Of a stretch of DNA of 25,904 bases, positions 16,459-25,286 are shown in pieces (the first letter of the stretch is position 1; each line of letters starts with the position of its first letter). A model generated the notes under the pieces. The model was not told the origin of the DNA and searched no databases. It saw only the letters and a program-made list of their open reading frames with translations. The position numbers and the translations under genes are program-made. The DNA is from a virus (lineage: Duplodnaviria > Heunggongvirae > Uroviricota > Caudoviricetes): positions 1 to 25,904 of IMG/VR virus record IMGVR_UViG_2724679293_000033. One strand, 5' to 3'.

Positions 16459-16955
16459 TGCCTCCATCATTACGAAAAGCCGTTGCTGCTGCTATTGGTG
16501 GCGGAGCAATTGCTATAGCATCAGTGTTAATCACTGGCCCAAGTGGTAACGATGGTCTGGAAGGTGTCAGCTACATACCATACAAAGATATTGTTGGTGT
16601 ATGGACTGTATGTCACGGGCATACAGGAAAAGACATCATGCTCGGTAAAACGTATACCAAAGCAGAATGCAAAGCACTCTTGAATAAAGACCTTGCCACT
16701 GTCGCCAGACAAATTAACCCGTACATCGAAGTCGATATACCGGAAACAACGCGCGGCGCTCTTTACTCATTCGTTTACAACGTGGGTGCTGGCAATTTCA
16801 GAACATCGACGCTTCTTCGCAAAATAAACCAGGGCGATATCAAAGGCGCATGTGATCAGCTACGTCGCTGGACATATGCTGGCGGTAAGCAATGGAAAGG
16901 TCTCATGACTCGTCGTGAGATTGAGCGTGAAATCTGTTTGTGGGGTCAGCAATGA
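16458..16955 (+). CDS. R: SAR endolysin (lysozyme with N-terminal signal-anchor-release domain)
   Basis: N-terminal Gly/Ala-rich weakly hydrophobic segment [20 protein letters not shown] followed by lysozyme-like region (EG...D...[10 protein letters not shown]); start overlaps the holin stop. Confidence 0.85.
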
Positions 16956-17413
16956 ACAGAGTAACCGCGATTATCTCCGCTCTGGTTATCTGCATCATCG
17001 TCTGCCTGTCATGGGCTGTTAATCATTACCGTGATAACGCCATTACCTACAAAGCCCAGCGCGACAAAAATGCCAGAGAACTGAAGCTGGCGAACGCGGC
17101 AATTACTGACATGCAGATGCGTCAGCGTGATGTTGCTGCGCTCGATGCAAAATACACGAAGGAGTTAGCTGATGCGAAAGCTGAAAATGATGCTCTGCGT
17201 GATGATGTTGCCGCTGGTCGTCGTCGGTTGCACATCAAAGCAGTCTGTCAGTCAGTGCGTGAAGCCACCACCGCCTCCGGCGTGGATAATGCAGCCTCCC
17301 CCCGACTGGCAGACACCGCTGAACGGGATTATTTCACCCTCAGAGAGAGGCTGATCACTATGCAAAAACAACTGGAAGGAACCCAGACGTATATTAATGA
17401 GCAGTGCAGATAG
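16952..17413 (+). CDS. Rz: Rz inner-membrane spanin (i-spanin)
   Basis: N-terminal TM helix ([20 protein letters not shown]) followed by coiled-coil periplasmic domain; overlaps the endolysin stop; Rz1 embedded in +1 frame. Confidence 0.8.
   Translation: MNRVTAIISALVICIIVCLSWAVNHYRDNAITYKAQRDKNARELKLANAAITDMQMRQRDVAALDAKYTKELADAKAENDALRDDVAAGRRRLHIKAVCQSVREATTASGVDNAASPRLADTAERDYFTLRERLITMQKQLEGTQTYINEQCR
17172..17354 (+). CDS. Rz1: Rz1 outer-membrane lipoprotein spanin (o-spanin), embedded in Rz
   Basis: Lipoprotein signal with lipobox LVVVGC then proline-rich [15 protein letters not shown]; entirely within Rz in another frame. Confidence 0.8.
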   Translation: MRKLKMMLCVMMLPLVVVGCTSKQSVSQCVKPPPPPAWIMQPPPDWQTPLNGIISPSERG

Positions 17414-17444
17414 AGCTGCCCATATCGATGGGCAACTCATGCAA

Positions 17445-17738
17445 TTATTGTGAGCAATACACACGCGCTTCCAGCGGAGTATAAATGCCTAAAGTAATAA
17501 AACCGAGCAATCCATTTACGAATGTTTGCTGGGTTTCTGTTTTAACAACATTTTCTGCGCCGCCACAAATTTTGGCTGCATCAACAGTTTTCTCCTGTCC
17601 AATTCCCGAAACGAAGAAGTGATGGGTGATGGTTTCCTTTGGTGTTACTGCTGTCGGTTTGTTTCCAACAGTAAACGTCTGTTGAGCACATCCTGTAATA
17701 AGCATTGCCAGAGCGGCAGAAAACAACATTTTTTTCAT
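17445..17738 (-). CDS. bor: Bor lipoprotein (serum-resistance lysogenic-conversion protein)
   Basis: MKKMLFSAALAMLITGCAQQTFTVGNKPTAV... with lipobox LITGC; matches lambda Bor; opposite strand to the lysis genes. Confidence 0.85.
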   Translation of the reverse strand: MKKMLFSAALAMLITGCAQQTFTVGNKPTAVTPKETITHHFFVSGIGQEKTVDAAKICGGAENVVKTETQQTFVNGLLGFITLGIYTPLEARVYCSQ

Positions 17739-18097
17739 CTTATTATCCTGCATTGTTAAAAACGGCAGAATCCTATGTGACAACAATTAAACGATAGTTA
17801 AATGGATTGATGAAAATTAAAACTATATAGGTGGATGCTCAGCCTATTGGAGGAGGGGGGCACTCAGAATCCTGTGGAATGAAATAAACCGCTCTATCTG
17901 TCCATTACCCTTTTAGCTGCGCTGTATCGTCGCCGTATTCCCGCATTAACCATGACCGTAGCCCGACGGGGAATTCCTTCTGCGTGAGTGTGCGGGAATA
18001 ATCAAAAACGATGCACACCGGGTTTTACTGTGCTGACAGACGCAGGGTTACCCTCATAGTCGCTTTTCCGGTGCGATGGTGGAAGAAACCGGGATGT

Positions 18098-18292
18098 TTA
18101 TTCATCATCACTTTGGATTGATGTATATGCTCTCTTTTCTGACGTTAGTCTCCGACGGCAGGCTTCAATGACCCAGGCTGAGAAATTCCCAGACCCTTTT
18201 TGCTCAAGAGCGATGTTAATTTGTTCAATCATTTGGTTAGGAAAGCGGATGTTGCGGGTTGTTGTTCTGCGGGTTTTGTTCTTCGTTGACAT
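18098..18292 (-). CDS. ylcI: Ribbon-helix-helix (Arc/CopG-like) DNA-binding protein, YlcI-like, copy 1
   Basis: 64 aa; RNIRFPNQMIEQINIALEQKGSGNFSAWVIEACRRRL fits the RHH beta-strand plus two helices pattern; matches recollection of DLP12 YlcI adjacent to the Nu1 homologue. Confidence 0.7.
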   Translation of the reverse strand: MSTKNKTRRTTTRNIRFPNQMIEQINIALEQKGSGNFSAWVIEACRRRLTSEKRAYTSIQSDDE

Positions 18293-18572
18293 GAGGTTGC
18301 CCCGTATTCAGTGTCGCTGATTTGTATTGTCTGAAGTTGTTTTTACGTTAAGTTGATGCAGATCAATTAATACGATACCTGCGTCATAATTGATTATTTG
18401 ACGTGGTTTGATGGCGTAGATGCACGTTGTGACATATAGATGATAATTATTATCATTTTGCGGGTCCTTTCCATAATCAAAAACGATGCACACCGGGTTT
18501 TACTGTGCTGACAGACGCAGGGTTACCCTCATAGTCGCTTTTCCGGTGCGATGGTGGAAGAAACCGGGATGT

Positions 18573-18767
18573 TTATTCATCATCACTTTGGATTGATGTA
18601 TATGCTCTCTTTTCTGACGTTAGTCTCCGACGGCAGGCTTCAATGACCCAGGCTGAGAAATTCCCAGACCCTTTTTGCTCAAGAGCGATGTTAATTTGTT
18701 CAATCATTTGGTTAGGAAAGCGGATGTTGCGGGTTGTTGTTCTGCGGGTTTTGTTCTTCGTTGACAT
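18573..18767 (-). CDS. ylcI: Ribbon-helix-helix DNA-binding protein, YlcI-like, copy 2 (identical)
   Basis: Identical ORF in the second 475-bp repeat unit. Confidence 0.7.
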   Translation of the reverse strand: MSTKNKTRRTTTRNIRFPNQMIEQINIALEQKGSGNFSAWVIEACRRRLTSEKRAYTSIQSDDE

Positions 18768-18939
18768 GAGGTTGCCCCGTATTCAGTGTCGCTGATTTGT
18801 ATTGTCTGAAGTTGTTTTTACGTTAAGTTGATGCAGATCAATTAATACGATACCTGCGTCATAATTGATTATTTGACGTGGTTTGATGGCGTAGATGCAC
18901 GTTGTGACATATAGATGATAATTATTATCATTTTGCGGG

Positions 18940-19140
18940 TCCTTTCCTGCGATCCGACAGGTTACGGGGCGGCGACCTCGCGGTTTTTCGCTATTTATGA
19001 AAATTTTCCGGGAACCATGTCCGGTTTCTCTTCAAGTTAACTATATGAAAAATATAAAAACAGGTCTTCTGTGAACCGGACATGCACAAAAAATAGATAT
19101 GTAAACCGGACATGACCGGTTTTGTTGTGATTGTGAGGTG
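18940..19140 (+). other. cos site: cosN with lambda-identical cohesive-end sequence GGGCGGCGACCT (18967-18978) plus cosB with three small-terminase-binding repeats
   Basis: gttacggggcggcgacctcgcgg matches the lambda cos junction; repeats of AACCGGACATG at ~19010-19026 (inverted), 19072-19085 and 19104-19124 immediately upstream of the small terminase gene. Confidence 0.85.
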
Positions 19141-19161
19141 AGAGTTTTTGCGAGGTGAGGA

Positions 19162-19671
19162 GTGGCTACGCAGACTGAAGTTGCCAGGCATTTAAGTCTG
19201 ACCGATCGCCAGCTTCGCAGATTGCAGAAATTGCCGGGTGCCCCGATATCAAATAAGCGAGGGCAACTGGATCTGGATGCCTGGCGCGATTTTTACATAT
19301 CGTATCTGAGGAGAAGTAAAAACGATGTGCCTGATGGCGATAGCGAAGACGACTATGAGGAAAAATTGCTTATTGCCAGATGGGAACTGACAGCAGAACA
19401 GGCTGTTACACAGCAGTTAAAAAATGAGGTGTCAAAAGGAAAACTTATTGACACCGGGTTCTGTATTTTTGCCCTCAGTAAGCTGGCAATGGCGTTATCC
19501 AGTACGCTTGATTCCATCCCTTTATCCATGCAACGACAGTTTCCTGATTTAACACCGCGCCATCTTGACCATCTGAAAACCCTTATTGCTAAGGGGGCAA
19601 ATCAGTGTGCGCGGGCGGGGGATAAATTACCGGATTTACTTGATGAATATATCAGAGCAACAACTGAATAA
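19162..19671 (+). CDS. nu1: Terminase small subunit (Nu1 family)
   Basis: GTG start; N-terminal HTH TQTEVARHLSLTDRQLRRLQKL; C-terminal FCIFALSKLAMALSSTLDSIPLSMQRQFPDL parallels lambda Nu1 FCTFVLSRIAGEIASILDGLPLSVQRRFPEL. Confidence 0.8.
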   Translation: MATQTEVARHLSLTDRQLRRLQKLPGAPISNKRGQLDLDAWRDFYISYLRRSKNDVPDGDSEDDYEEKLLIARWELTAEQAVTQQLKNEVSKGKLIDTGFCIFALSKLAMALSSTLDSIPLSMQRQFPDLTPRHLDHLKTLIAKGANQCARAGDKLPDLLDEYIRATTE

Positions 19672-21571
19672 TATGATGAGTGCTGTCACAACAGCATTAC
19701 AGCCCCTGATAAGGGCATTGCCGGTGACGCCAGTTGAATGGGCTGATCAAAATTATTATCTGCCTAAAGAATCTTCATATGGTGAGGGAGAATGGAAAAC
19801 GCTGCCATTCCAGATCGCCATCATGAACAGCATGGGGAATGATCAGATCCGCACTGTTAATCTGATTAAATCTGCCCGTGTTGGCTATACAAAGATGTTG
19901 CTGGGGGTGGTCGGGTATTTTATTGAGCATAAATCCCGAAACAGTCTGCTTTTTCAGCCCACGGATTCTGCCGCTGAAGATTTTATGAAGTCTCACGTGG
20001 AGGCGACGATTCGGAACGTGCCATGCCTGAAAGACCTTTCCCCATGGCTGGGGCGTAAACATCGTGACAATACTCTCACGCTGAAACGCTTTTCATCGGG
20101 CGTCGGTTTCTGGTGCCTGGGCGGCGCTGCCGCCAAAAACTACCGTGAAAAATCCGTGGACGTGGTCTGCTATGACGAACTTTCCTCGTTCGAGCCGGAT
20201 GTCGAAAAAGAGGGCTCGCCAACCCTGCTGGGGGATAAGCGTATTGAGGGGTCGGTGTGGCCAAAATCCATTCGCGGCTCGACGCCTAAAATCAAAGGCA
20301 CCTGCCAGATCGAAAAAGCCGCTAACGAGTCGGCGCATTTTATGCGTTTTTATGTGCCCTGCCCGCACTGTGGGGAGGAGCAGTATCTGAAATTTGGCGA
20401 TGAGTCCACGCCTTTTGGGCTTAAATGGGAGAAGGACAGCCCTGAAAGTGTTTTCTACCTCTGTGAACATCATGGCTGCGTGATCCATCAGTCTGAACTG
20501 GACCAGAGCAACGGGCGGTGGATCTGTGAAAACACGGGCATGTGGACCCGTGACGGTCTGACGTTTTTCAGCGCCCGGGGTGATGAAATTCCGCCGCCGC
20601 GCTCCATCACGTTCCATATCTGGACGGCGTACAGTCCGTTCACCACCTGGGTACAGATTGTCTATGACTGGCTGGATGCACTGAAAGATCCCAACGGCCT
20701 GAAAACCTTTGTGAACACCACGCTGGGCGAGACCTGGGAAGAGGCCGTGGGCGAAAAACTCGATCACCAGGTACTGATGGATAAGGTGGTGCGTTACACG
20801 GCGGCGGTGCCTGCCCGGGTGGTTTATCTGACGGCGGGCATTGACTCGCAGCGAAACCGTTTTGAGATGTATGTCTGGGGATGGGCTCCGGGAGAGGAAG
20901 CCTTTCTGGTGGATAAAATCATCATTATGGGGCGTCCTGATGAGGAAGAGACGCTGTTACGTGTGGATGCGGCGATCAACAAAAAATACCGCCATGCGGA
21001 TGGCACCGAAATGACTATTTCCCGTGTCTGCTGGGACACCGGGGGGATCGATGGTGAAATTGTTTATCAGAGATCAAAAAAACACGGTGTTTTCCGGGTG
21101 CTGCCGGTAAAAGGCGCATCTGTCTATGGCAAGCCGGTGATCACCATGCCAAAAACCCGCAATCAGCGGGGCGTGTATCTGTGTGAAGTGGGAACGGACA
21201 CCGCAAAAGAAATTCTCTATGCCCGTATGAAAGCCGATCCCTCGCCTGCGGATGAAGCCACGTCGTATGCCATCCGTTTTCCTGATGATCCGGAGATTTT
21301 TTCGCAGACAGAGGCGCAGCAACTGGTGGCGGAAGAGCTGGTGGAGAAGTGGGAAAAAGGAAAGATGCGTCTGCTGTGGGATAACAAAAAGCGGCGTAAC
21401 GAAGCGCTGGACTGCCTGGTGTATGCCTACGCGGCATTACGTGTGTCCGTGCAACGCTGGCAGCTTGATCTGGCTGTACTGGCAAAATCCCGGGAAGAAG
21501 AGACGACCCGGCCAACCCTGAAAGAACTGGCAGCGAAGCTGTCCGGAGGAGTGAATGGTTACAGTCGCTGA
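19643..21571 (+). CDS. A: Terminase large subunit (gpA)
   Basis: From MNISEQQLNN the protein is collinear with lambda gpA (VEWADQNYYLPKES..., KSARVGYTKMLLGV Walker A-like, CPHCGEEQYLKFGD, DTGGID...); first 29 nt overlap nu1. Confidence 0.95.
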   Translation: MNISEQQLNNMMSAVTTALQPLIRALPVTPVEWADQNYYLPKESSYGEGEWKTLPFQIAIMNSMGNDQIRTVNLIKSARVGYTKMLLGVVGYFIEHKSRNSLLFQPTDSAAEDFMKSHVEATIRNVPCLKDLSPWLGRKHRDNTLTLKRFSSGVGFWCLGGAAAKNYREKSVDVVCYDELSSFEPDVEKEGSPTLLGDKRIEGSVWPKSIRGSTPKIKGTCQIEKAANESAHFMRFYVPCPHCGEEQYLKFGDESTPFGLKWEKDSPESVFYLCEHHGCVIHQSELDQSNGRWICENTGMWTRDGLTFFSARGDEIPPPRSITFHIWTAYSPFTTWVQIVYDWLDALKDPNGLKTFVNTTLGETWEEAVGEKLDHQVLMDKVVRYTAAVPARVVYLTAGIDSQRNRFEMYVWGWAPGEEAFLVDKIIIMGRPDEEETLLRVDAAINKKYRHADGTEMTISRVCWDTGGIDGEIVYQRSKKHGVFRVLPVKGASVYGKPVITMPKTRNQRGVYLCEVGTDTAKEILYARMKADPSPADEATSYAIRFPDDPEIFSQTEAQQLVAEELVEKWEKGKMRLLWDNKKRRNEALDCLVYAYAALRVSVQRWQLDLAVLAKSREEETTRPTLKELAAKLSGGVNGYSR

Positions 21572-21761
21572 ACTGCAGGCGCTGCGTCAGGCGCGCCTTG
21601 ATTTATTAACCGGTAAACGGGTGGTGTCTGTCCAGAAAGATGGACGAAGAATTGAATATACGGCGGCCTCTCTGGATGATCTTAACCGGGCGATCAATGA
21701 TGCGGAGTCAGTGCTGGGGACAACAAGCCGCCGCCGTCGTCCGCTGGGAGTGAGGTTATGA
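21555..21761 (+). CDS. W: Head-tail joining protein W
   Basis: 68 aa; LTGKRVVSVQKDGRRIEYTAASLDDL parallels lambda gpW [26 protein letters not shown]. Confidence 0.9.
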   Translation: MVTVAELQALRQARLDLLTGKRVVSVQKDGRRIEYTAASLDDLNRAINDAESVLGTTSRRRRPLGVRL

Positions 21762-23350
21762 AACGAACGCCTGTCCTGATTGATGTGAACGGTGTTCCGC
21801 TTCGGGAGAGCCTCAGCTACAACGGGGGCGGTGCAGGATTTGGCGGGCAAATGGCGGAGTGGTTGCCACCGGCGCAGAGTGCCGATGCGGCCCTGTTGCC
21901 CGCGTTGCGTCTGGGCAATGCCCGTGCAGATGATCTGGTGCGCAATAACGGGATAGCGGCCAATGCGGTGGCACTGCATAAGGATCATATTGTCGGGCAT
22001 ATGTTTCTGATCAGCTACCGTCCGAACTGGCGCTGGCTGGGGATGCGGGAGACTGCAGCAAAAAGTTTTGTCGATGAGGTGGAGGCGGCCTGGTCGGAAT
22101 ACGCCGAAGGGATGTCTGGCGAGATCGACGTGGAAGGGAAACGCACGTTTACGGAATTTATCCGTGAAGGTGTGGGCGTTCATGCGTTTAACGGCGAAAT
22201 CTTTGTGCAGCCGGTCTGGGATACGGAGAGCACGCAACTGTTTCGTACGCGTTTTAAAGCCGTGAGTCCGAAACGGGTGGACACGCCAGGACACGGTATG
22301 GGGAACCGTTTTCTGCGGGCCGGGGTGGAGGTCGATCGATATGGCCGTGCCGTTGCGTACCATATCTGTGAGGATGATTTTCCGTTCTCTGGTAGTGGAC
22401 GATGGGAACGGATCCCGCGTGAACTACCCACCGGGCGTCCGGCCATGCTGCATATTTTCGAGCCGGTGGAGGACGGGCAGACCCGTGGGGCTAATCAGTT
22501 TTACAGCGTCATGGAACGGCTGAAGATGCTGGATTCCCTGCAGGCAACACAGCTTCAGTCGGCCATTGTGAAAGCCATGTATGCAGCGACGATTGAAAGT
22601 GAACTTGATACCGAAAAGGCCTTTGAATATATCGCCGGTGCGCCGCAGGGGCAGAAGGATAATCCGCTTATTAATATTCTGGAGAAGTTCTCCAGCTGGT
22701 ATGACACGAATAACGTGACGCTGGGCGGTGTCAAAATTCCGCACCTTTTCCCCGGTGATGATCTGAAACTGCAGACTGCGCAGGATTCAGACAATGGATT
22801 TTCGGCGCTTGAACAGGCGCTGCTGCGGTATATCGCCGCCGGTCTTGGCGTTTCCTACGAACAGTTGTCCCGGGATTACTCGAAGGTCAGTTATTCAAGT
22901 GCCCGCGCCTCCGCCAATGAGTCGTGGCGCTATTTTATGGGACGACGAAAATTTATTGCGTCCCGGCTGGCCACGCAGATGTTTTCCTGCTGGCTGGAAG
23001 AGGCACTTCTTCGGGGGATTATTCGTCCGCCACGGGCGCGTTTTGATTTTTATCAGGCGCGATCAGCCTGGTCACGGGCTGAGTGGATTGGAGCCGGAAG
23101 AATGGCCATTGACGGGCTCAAGGAAGTCCAGGAATCAGTGATGCGCATTGAGGCCGGACTGAGCACGTATGAGAAAGAGCTGGCGCTGATGGGCGAGGAT
23201 TATCAGGACATTTTCCGCCAGCAGGTCAGGGAATCTGCTGAGCGACAAAAAGCCGGACTCTCACGTCCGGTGTGGATAGCGCAGGCGTATGAGCAGCAGA
23301 TAGCGGAGAGTCGCAGGCCGGAAGAGGAGACAACACCACGTGAGACGTAA
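21758..23350 (+). CDS. B: Portal protein (gpB)
   Basis: 530-aa ORF following W with ATGA overlap; lambda-B-like length and position. Confidence 0.9.
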   Translation: MKRTPVLIDVNGVPLRESLSYNGGGAGFGGQMAEWLPPAQSADAALLPALRLGNARADDLVRNNGIAANAVALHKDHIVGHMFLISYRPNWRWLGMRETAAKSFVDEVEAAWSEYAEGMSGEIDVEGKRTFTEFIREGVGVHAFNGEIFVQPVWDTESTQLFRTRFKAVSPKRVDTPGHGMGNRFLRAGVEVDRYGRAVAYHICEDDFPFSGSGRWERIPRELPTGRPAMLHIFEPVEDGQTRGANQFYSVMERLKMLDSLQATQLQSAIVKAMYAATIESELDTEKAFEYIAGAPQGQKDNPLINILEKFSSWYDTNNVTLGGVKIPHLFPGDDLKLQTAQDSDNGFSALEQALLRYIAAGLGVSYEQLSRDYSKVSYSSARASANESWRYFMGRRKFIASRLATQMFSCWLEEALLRGIIRPPRARFDFYQARSAWSRAEWIGAGRMAIDGLKEVQESVMRIEAGLSTYEKELALMGEDYQDIFRQQVRESAERQKAGLSRPVWIAQAYEQQIAESRRPEEETTPRET

Positions 23351-24845
23351 TCTTTCACACATTATTGCCGCAGCATTCAATGAACCGCTGCTTCTGGAGC
23401 CCGCCTATGCGCGGGTTTTCTTTTGCGCGCTCGGGCGCGAGATGGGGGCATCAAGTCTTTCGGTACCACAACAGCAGGTACAGTTTGATGCTCCCGGAAT
23501 GCTGGCTGAAACGGACGAGTACATGGCCGGAGGTAAACGACCGGCCCGTGTTTACCGGGTGGTGAACGGTATTGCTGTACTGCCGGTGACCGGCACGCTG
23601 GTGCACCGGCTGGGGGGTATGCGGCCATTTTCCGGAATGACAGGCTATGACGGCATTGTCGCCTGTCTTCAGCAGGCAATGGCGGATAGCCAGGTGCGGG
23701 GCGTACTGCTGGACATTGACAGTCCGGGCGGGCAGGCCGCCGGCGCGTTTGACTGCGCTGACATGATTTACCGCCTCCGTCAGCAGAAGCCGGTCTGGGC
23801 ACTGTGCAATGACACGGCCTGCTCTGCAGCCATGCTGCTGGCGTCGGCCTGCTCCCGACGGCTGGTTACCCAGACATCCCGTATCGGCTCCATTGGCGTG
23901 ATGATGAGCCATGTCAGCTATGCCGGTCATCTGGCGCAGGCCGGTGTTGATATCACGCTGATTTACTCAGGGGCGCACAAGGTGGATGGCAATCAGTTTG
24001 AAGCGTTGCCGGCAGAGGTTCGCCAGGACATGCAACAGCGCATTGATGCGGCGCGCCGGATGTTTGCTGAAAAAGTGGCGATGTATACCGGTCTGTCTGT
24101 TGATGCTGTCACGGGAACAGAGGCCGCCGTTTTTGAAGGTCAGTCCGGCATTGAGGCCGGGCTGGCGGATGAATTAATCAATGCGTCGGATGCCATCAGT
24201 GTGATGGCCACGGCGCTGAACAGTAATGTCAGAGGAGGCACTATGCCGCAATTAACTGCAACGGAAGCCGCCGCGCAGGAGAACCAGCGAGTGATGGGGA
24301 TCCTGACATGCCAGGAAGCGAAAGGACGTGAACAGCTTGCCACGATGCTGGCAGGACAACAGGGCATGAGCGTTGAACAGGCCCGGGCGATTCTGGCCGC
24401 GGCGGCACCACAGCAGCCGGTGGCATCCGCGCAGAGTGAAGCCGATCGCATTATGGCGTGTGAAGAAGCGAAAGGTCGTGAACAACTGGCGGCAACGCTG
24501 GCGGCGATGCCGGAGATGACGGTGGAAAAAGCCCGCCCGATCCTGGCTGCTTCACCGCAGGCGGATGCCGGACCCTCACTCCGTGATCAGATCATGGCAC
24601 TGGATGAGGCAAAAGGGGCTGAGGCGCAGGCTGAACAGCTGGCTGCCTGCCCGGGAATGACTGTGGAGAGCGCCCGGGCTGTGCTGGCTGCGGGATCAGG
24701 TAAGGCAGAACCGGTCTCTGCATCCACAACCGCCATGTTTGAACGCATCATGGCGAACCATTCACCGGCAGCGGTACAGGGTGGCGTGCCACAGACGTCA
24801 GCAGACGGTGATGCGGACGTGAAAATGCTCATGGCCATGCCATGA
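23340..24845 (+). CDS. C: Prohead protease/scaffold protein C (S49/ClpP-like) with triplicated C-terminal motif
   Basis: GTG start overlapping B; collinear with lambda C (AFNEPLLLEPAYARVFFCAL, SPGGQAAGAFDCADMI, GSIGVMM); C-terminal third has three ~40-aa repeats EEAKGREQLA...MTVE.AR.ILAA. Confidence 0.9.
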   Translation: MRRNLSHIIAAAFNEPLLLEPAYARVFFCALGREMGASSLSVPQQQVQFDAPGMLAETDEYMAGGKRPARVYRVVNGIAVLPVTGTLVHRLGGMRPFSGMTGYDGIVACLQQAMADSQVRGVLLDIDSPGGQAAGAFDCADMIYRLRQQKPVWALCNDTACSAAMLLASACSRRLVTQTSRIGSIGVMMSHVSYAGHLAQAGVDITLIYSGAHKVDGNQFEALPAEVRQDMQQRIDAARRMFAEKVAMYTGLSVDAVTGTEAAVFEGQSGIEAGLADELINASDAISVMATALNSNVRGGTMPQLTATEAAAQENQRVMGILTCQEAKGREQLATMLAGQQGMSVEQARAILAAAAPQQPVASAQSEADRIMACEEAKGREQLAATLAAMPEMTVEKARPILAASPQADAGPSLRDQIMALDEAKGAEAQAEQLAACPGMTVESARAVLAAGSGKAEPVSASTTAMFERIMANHSPAAVQGGVPQTSADGDADVKMLMAMP

Positions 24846-24881
24846 AGCCAGTGCTGACCATCAACAGGAGGTTTTTACAAT

Positions 24882-25229
24882 ATGGTGACGAAAACTATCA
24901 CTGAACAGCGTGCGGAAGTACGTATTTTTGCCGGTAATGATCCGGCTCATACCGCCACAGGCAGCAGCGGGATTTCCTCGGCAACACCGGCACTGACGCC
25001 CCTGATGCTGGATGAGGCCAGCGGGAAACTGGTGGTCTGGGACGGACAAAAAGCCGGTAGTGCGGTTGGCATACTGGTACTGCCGCTTGAAGGCACAGAG
25101 ACGGCGCTGACCTATTACAAGTCGGGGACCTTTGCGACGGAGGCAATCCGCTGGCCTGAAAGTGTGGATGAACACAAAAAGGCCAACGCCTTTGCCGGCA
25201 GTGCCCTGAGTCACGCGGCGCTGCCGTAA
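24882..25229 (+). CDS. D: Head decoration protein D
   Basis: AGGAGG RBS; DPAHTATG...TPLMLDEASGKLVVWDG...AVGILV...YYKSGTF...AFAG parallels lambda gpD. Confidence 0.9.
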   Translation: MVTKTITEQRAEVRIFAGNDPAHTATGSSGISSATPALTPLMLDEASGKLVVWDGQKAGSAVGILVLPLEGTETALTYYKSGTFATEAIRWPESVDEHKKANAFAGSALSHAALP

Positions 25230-25286
25230 CACGTTATCAGGCCACCGCGGTGGCCTGACTGATTTCTGAATGAAAGGAACTGATTT

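Larger units (their letters stand above)
17998..18947. repeat. Perfect tandem duplication, 2 x 475 bp (17998-18472 and 18473-18947)
   Basis: Every position I compared is identical, including the 64-codon ORF and its upstream AT-rich region. Confidence 0.9.

Noticed and set aside
18308-18493. 61-aa minus-strand ORF between the two ylcI copies
   Set aside because: Lies in AT-rich promoter-like DNA of the repeat unit, no RBS, low-complexity translation; likely non-coding.
20093-20767. 224-aa minus-strand ORF (and other minus ORFs at 21141..21515, 21587..22363, 23377..23930)
   Set aside because: Antisense to terminase, portal and C genes in a GC-richer region where long spurious ORFs are expected; Arg/Pro-rich translations, no RBS.
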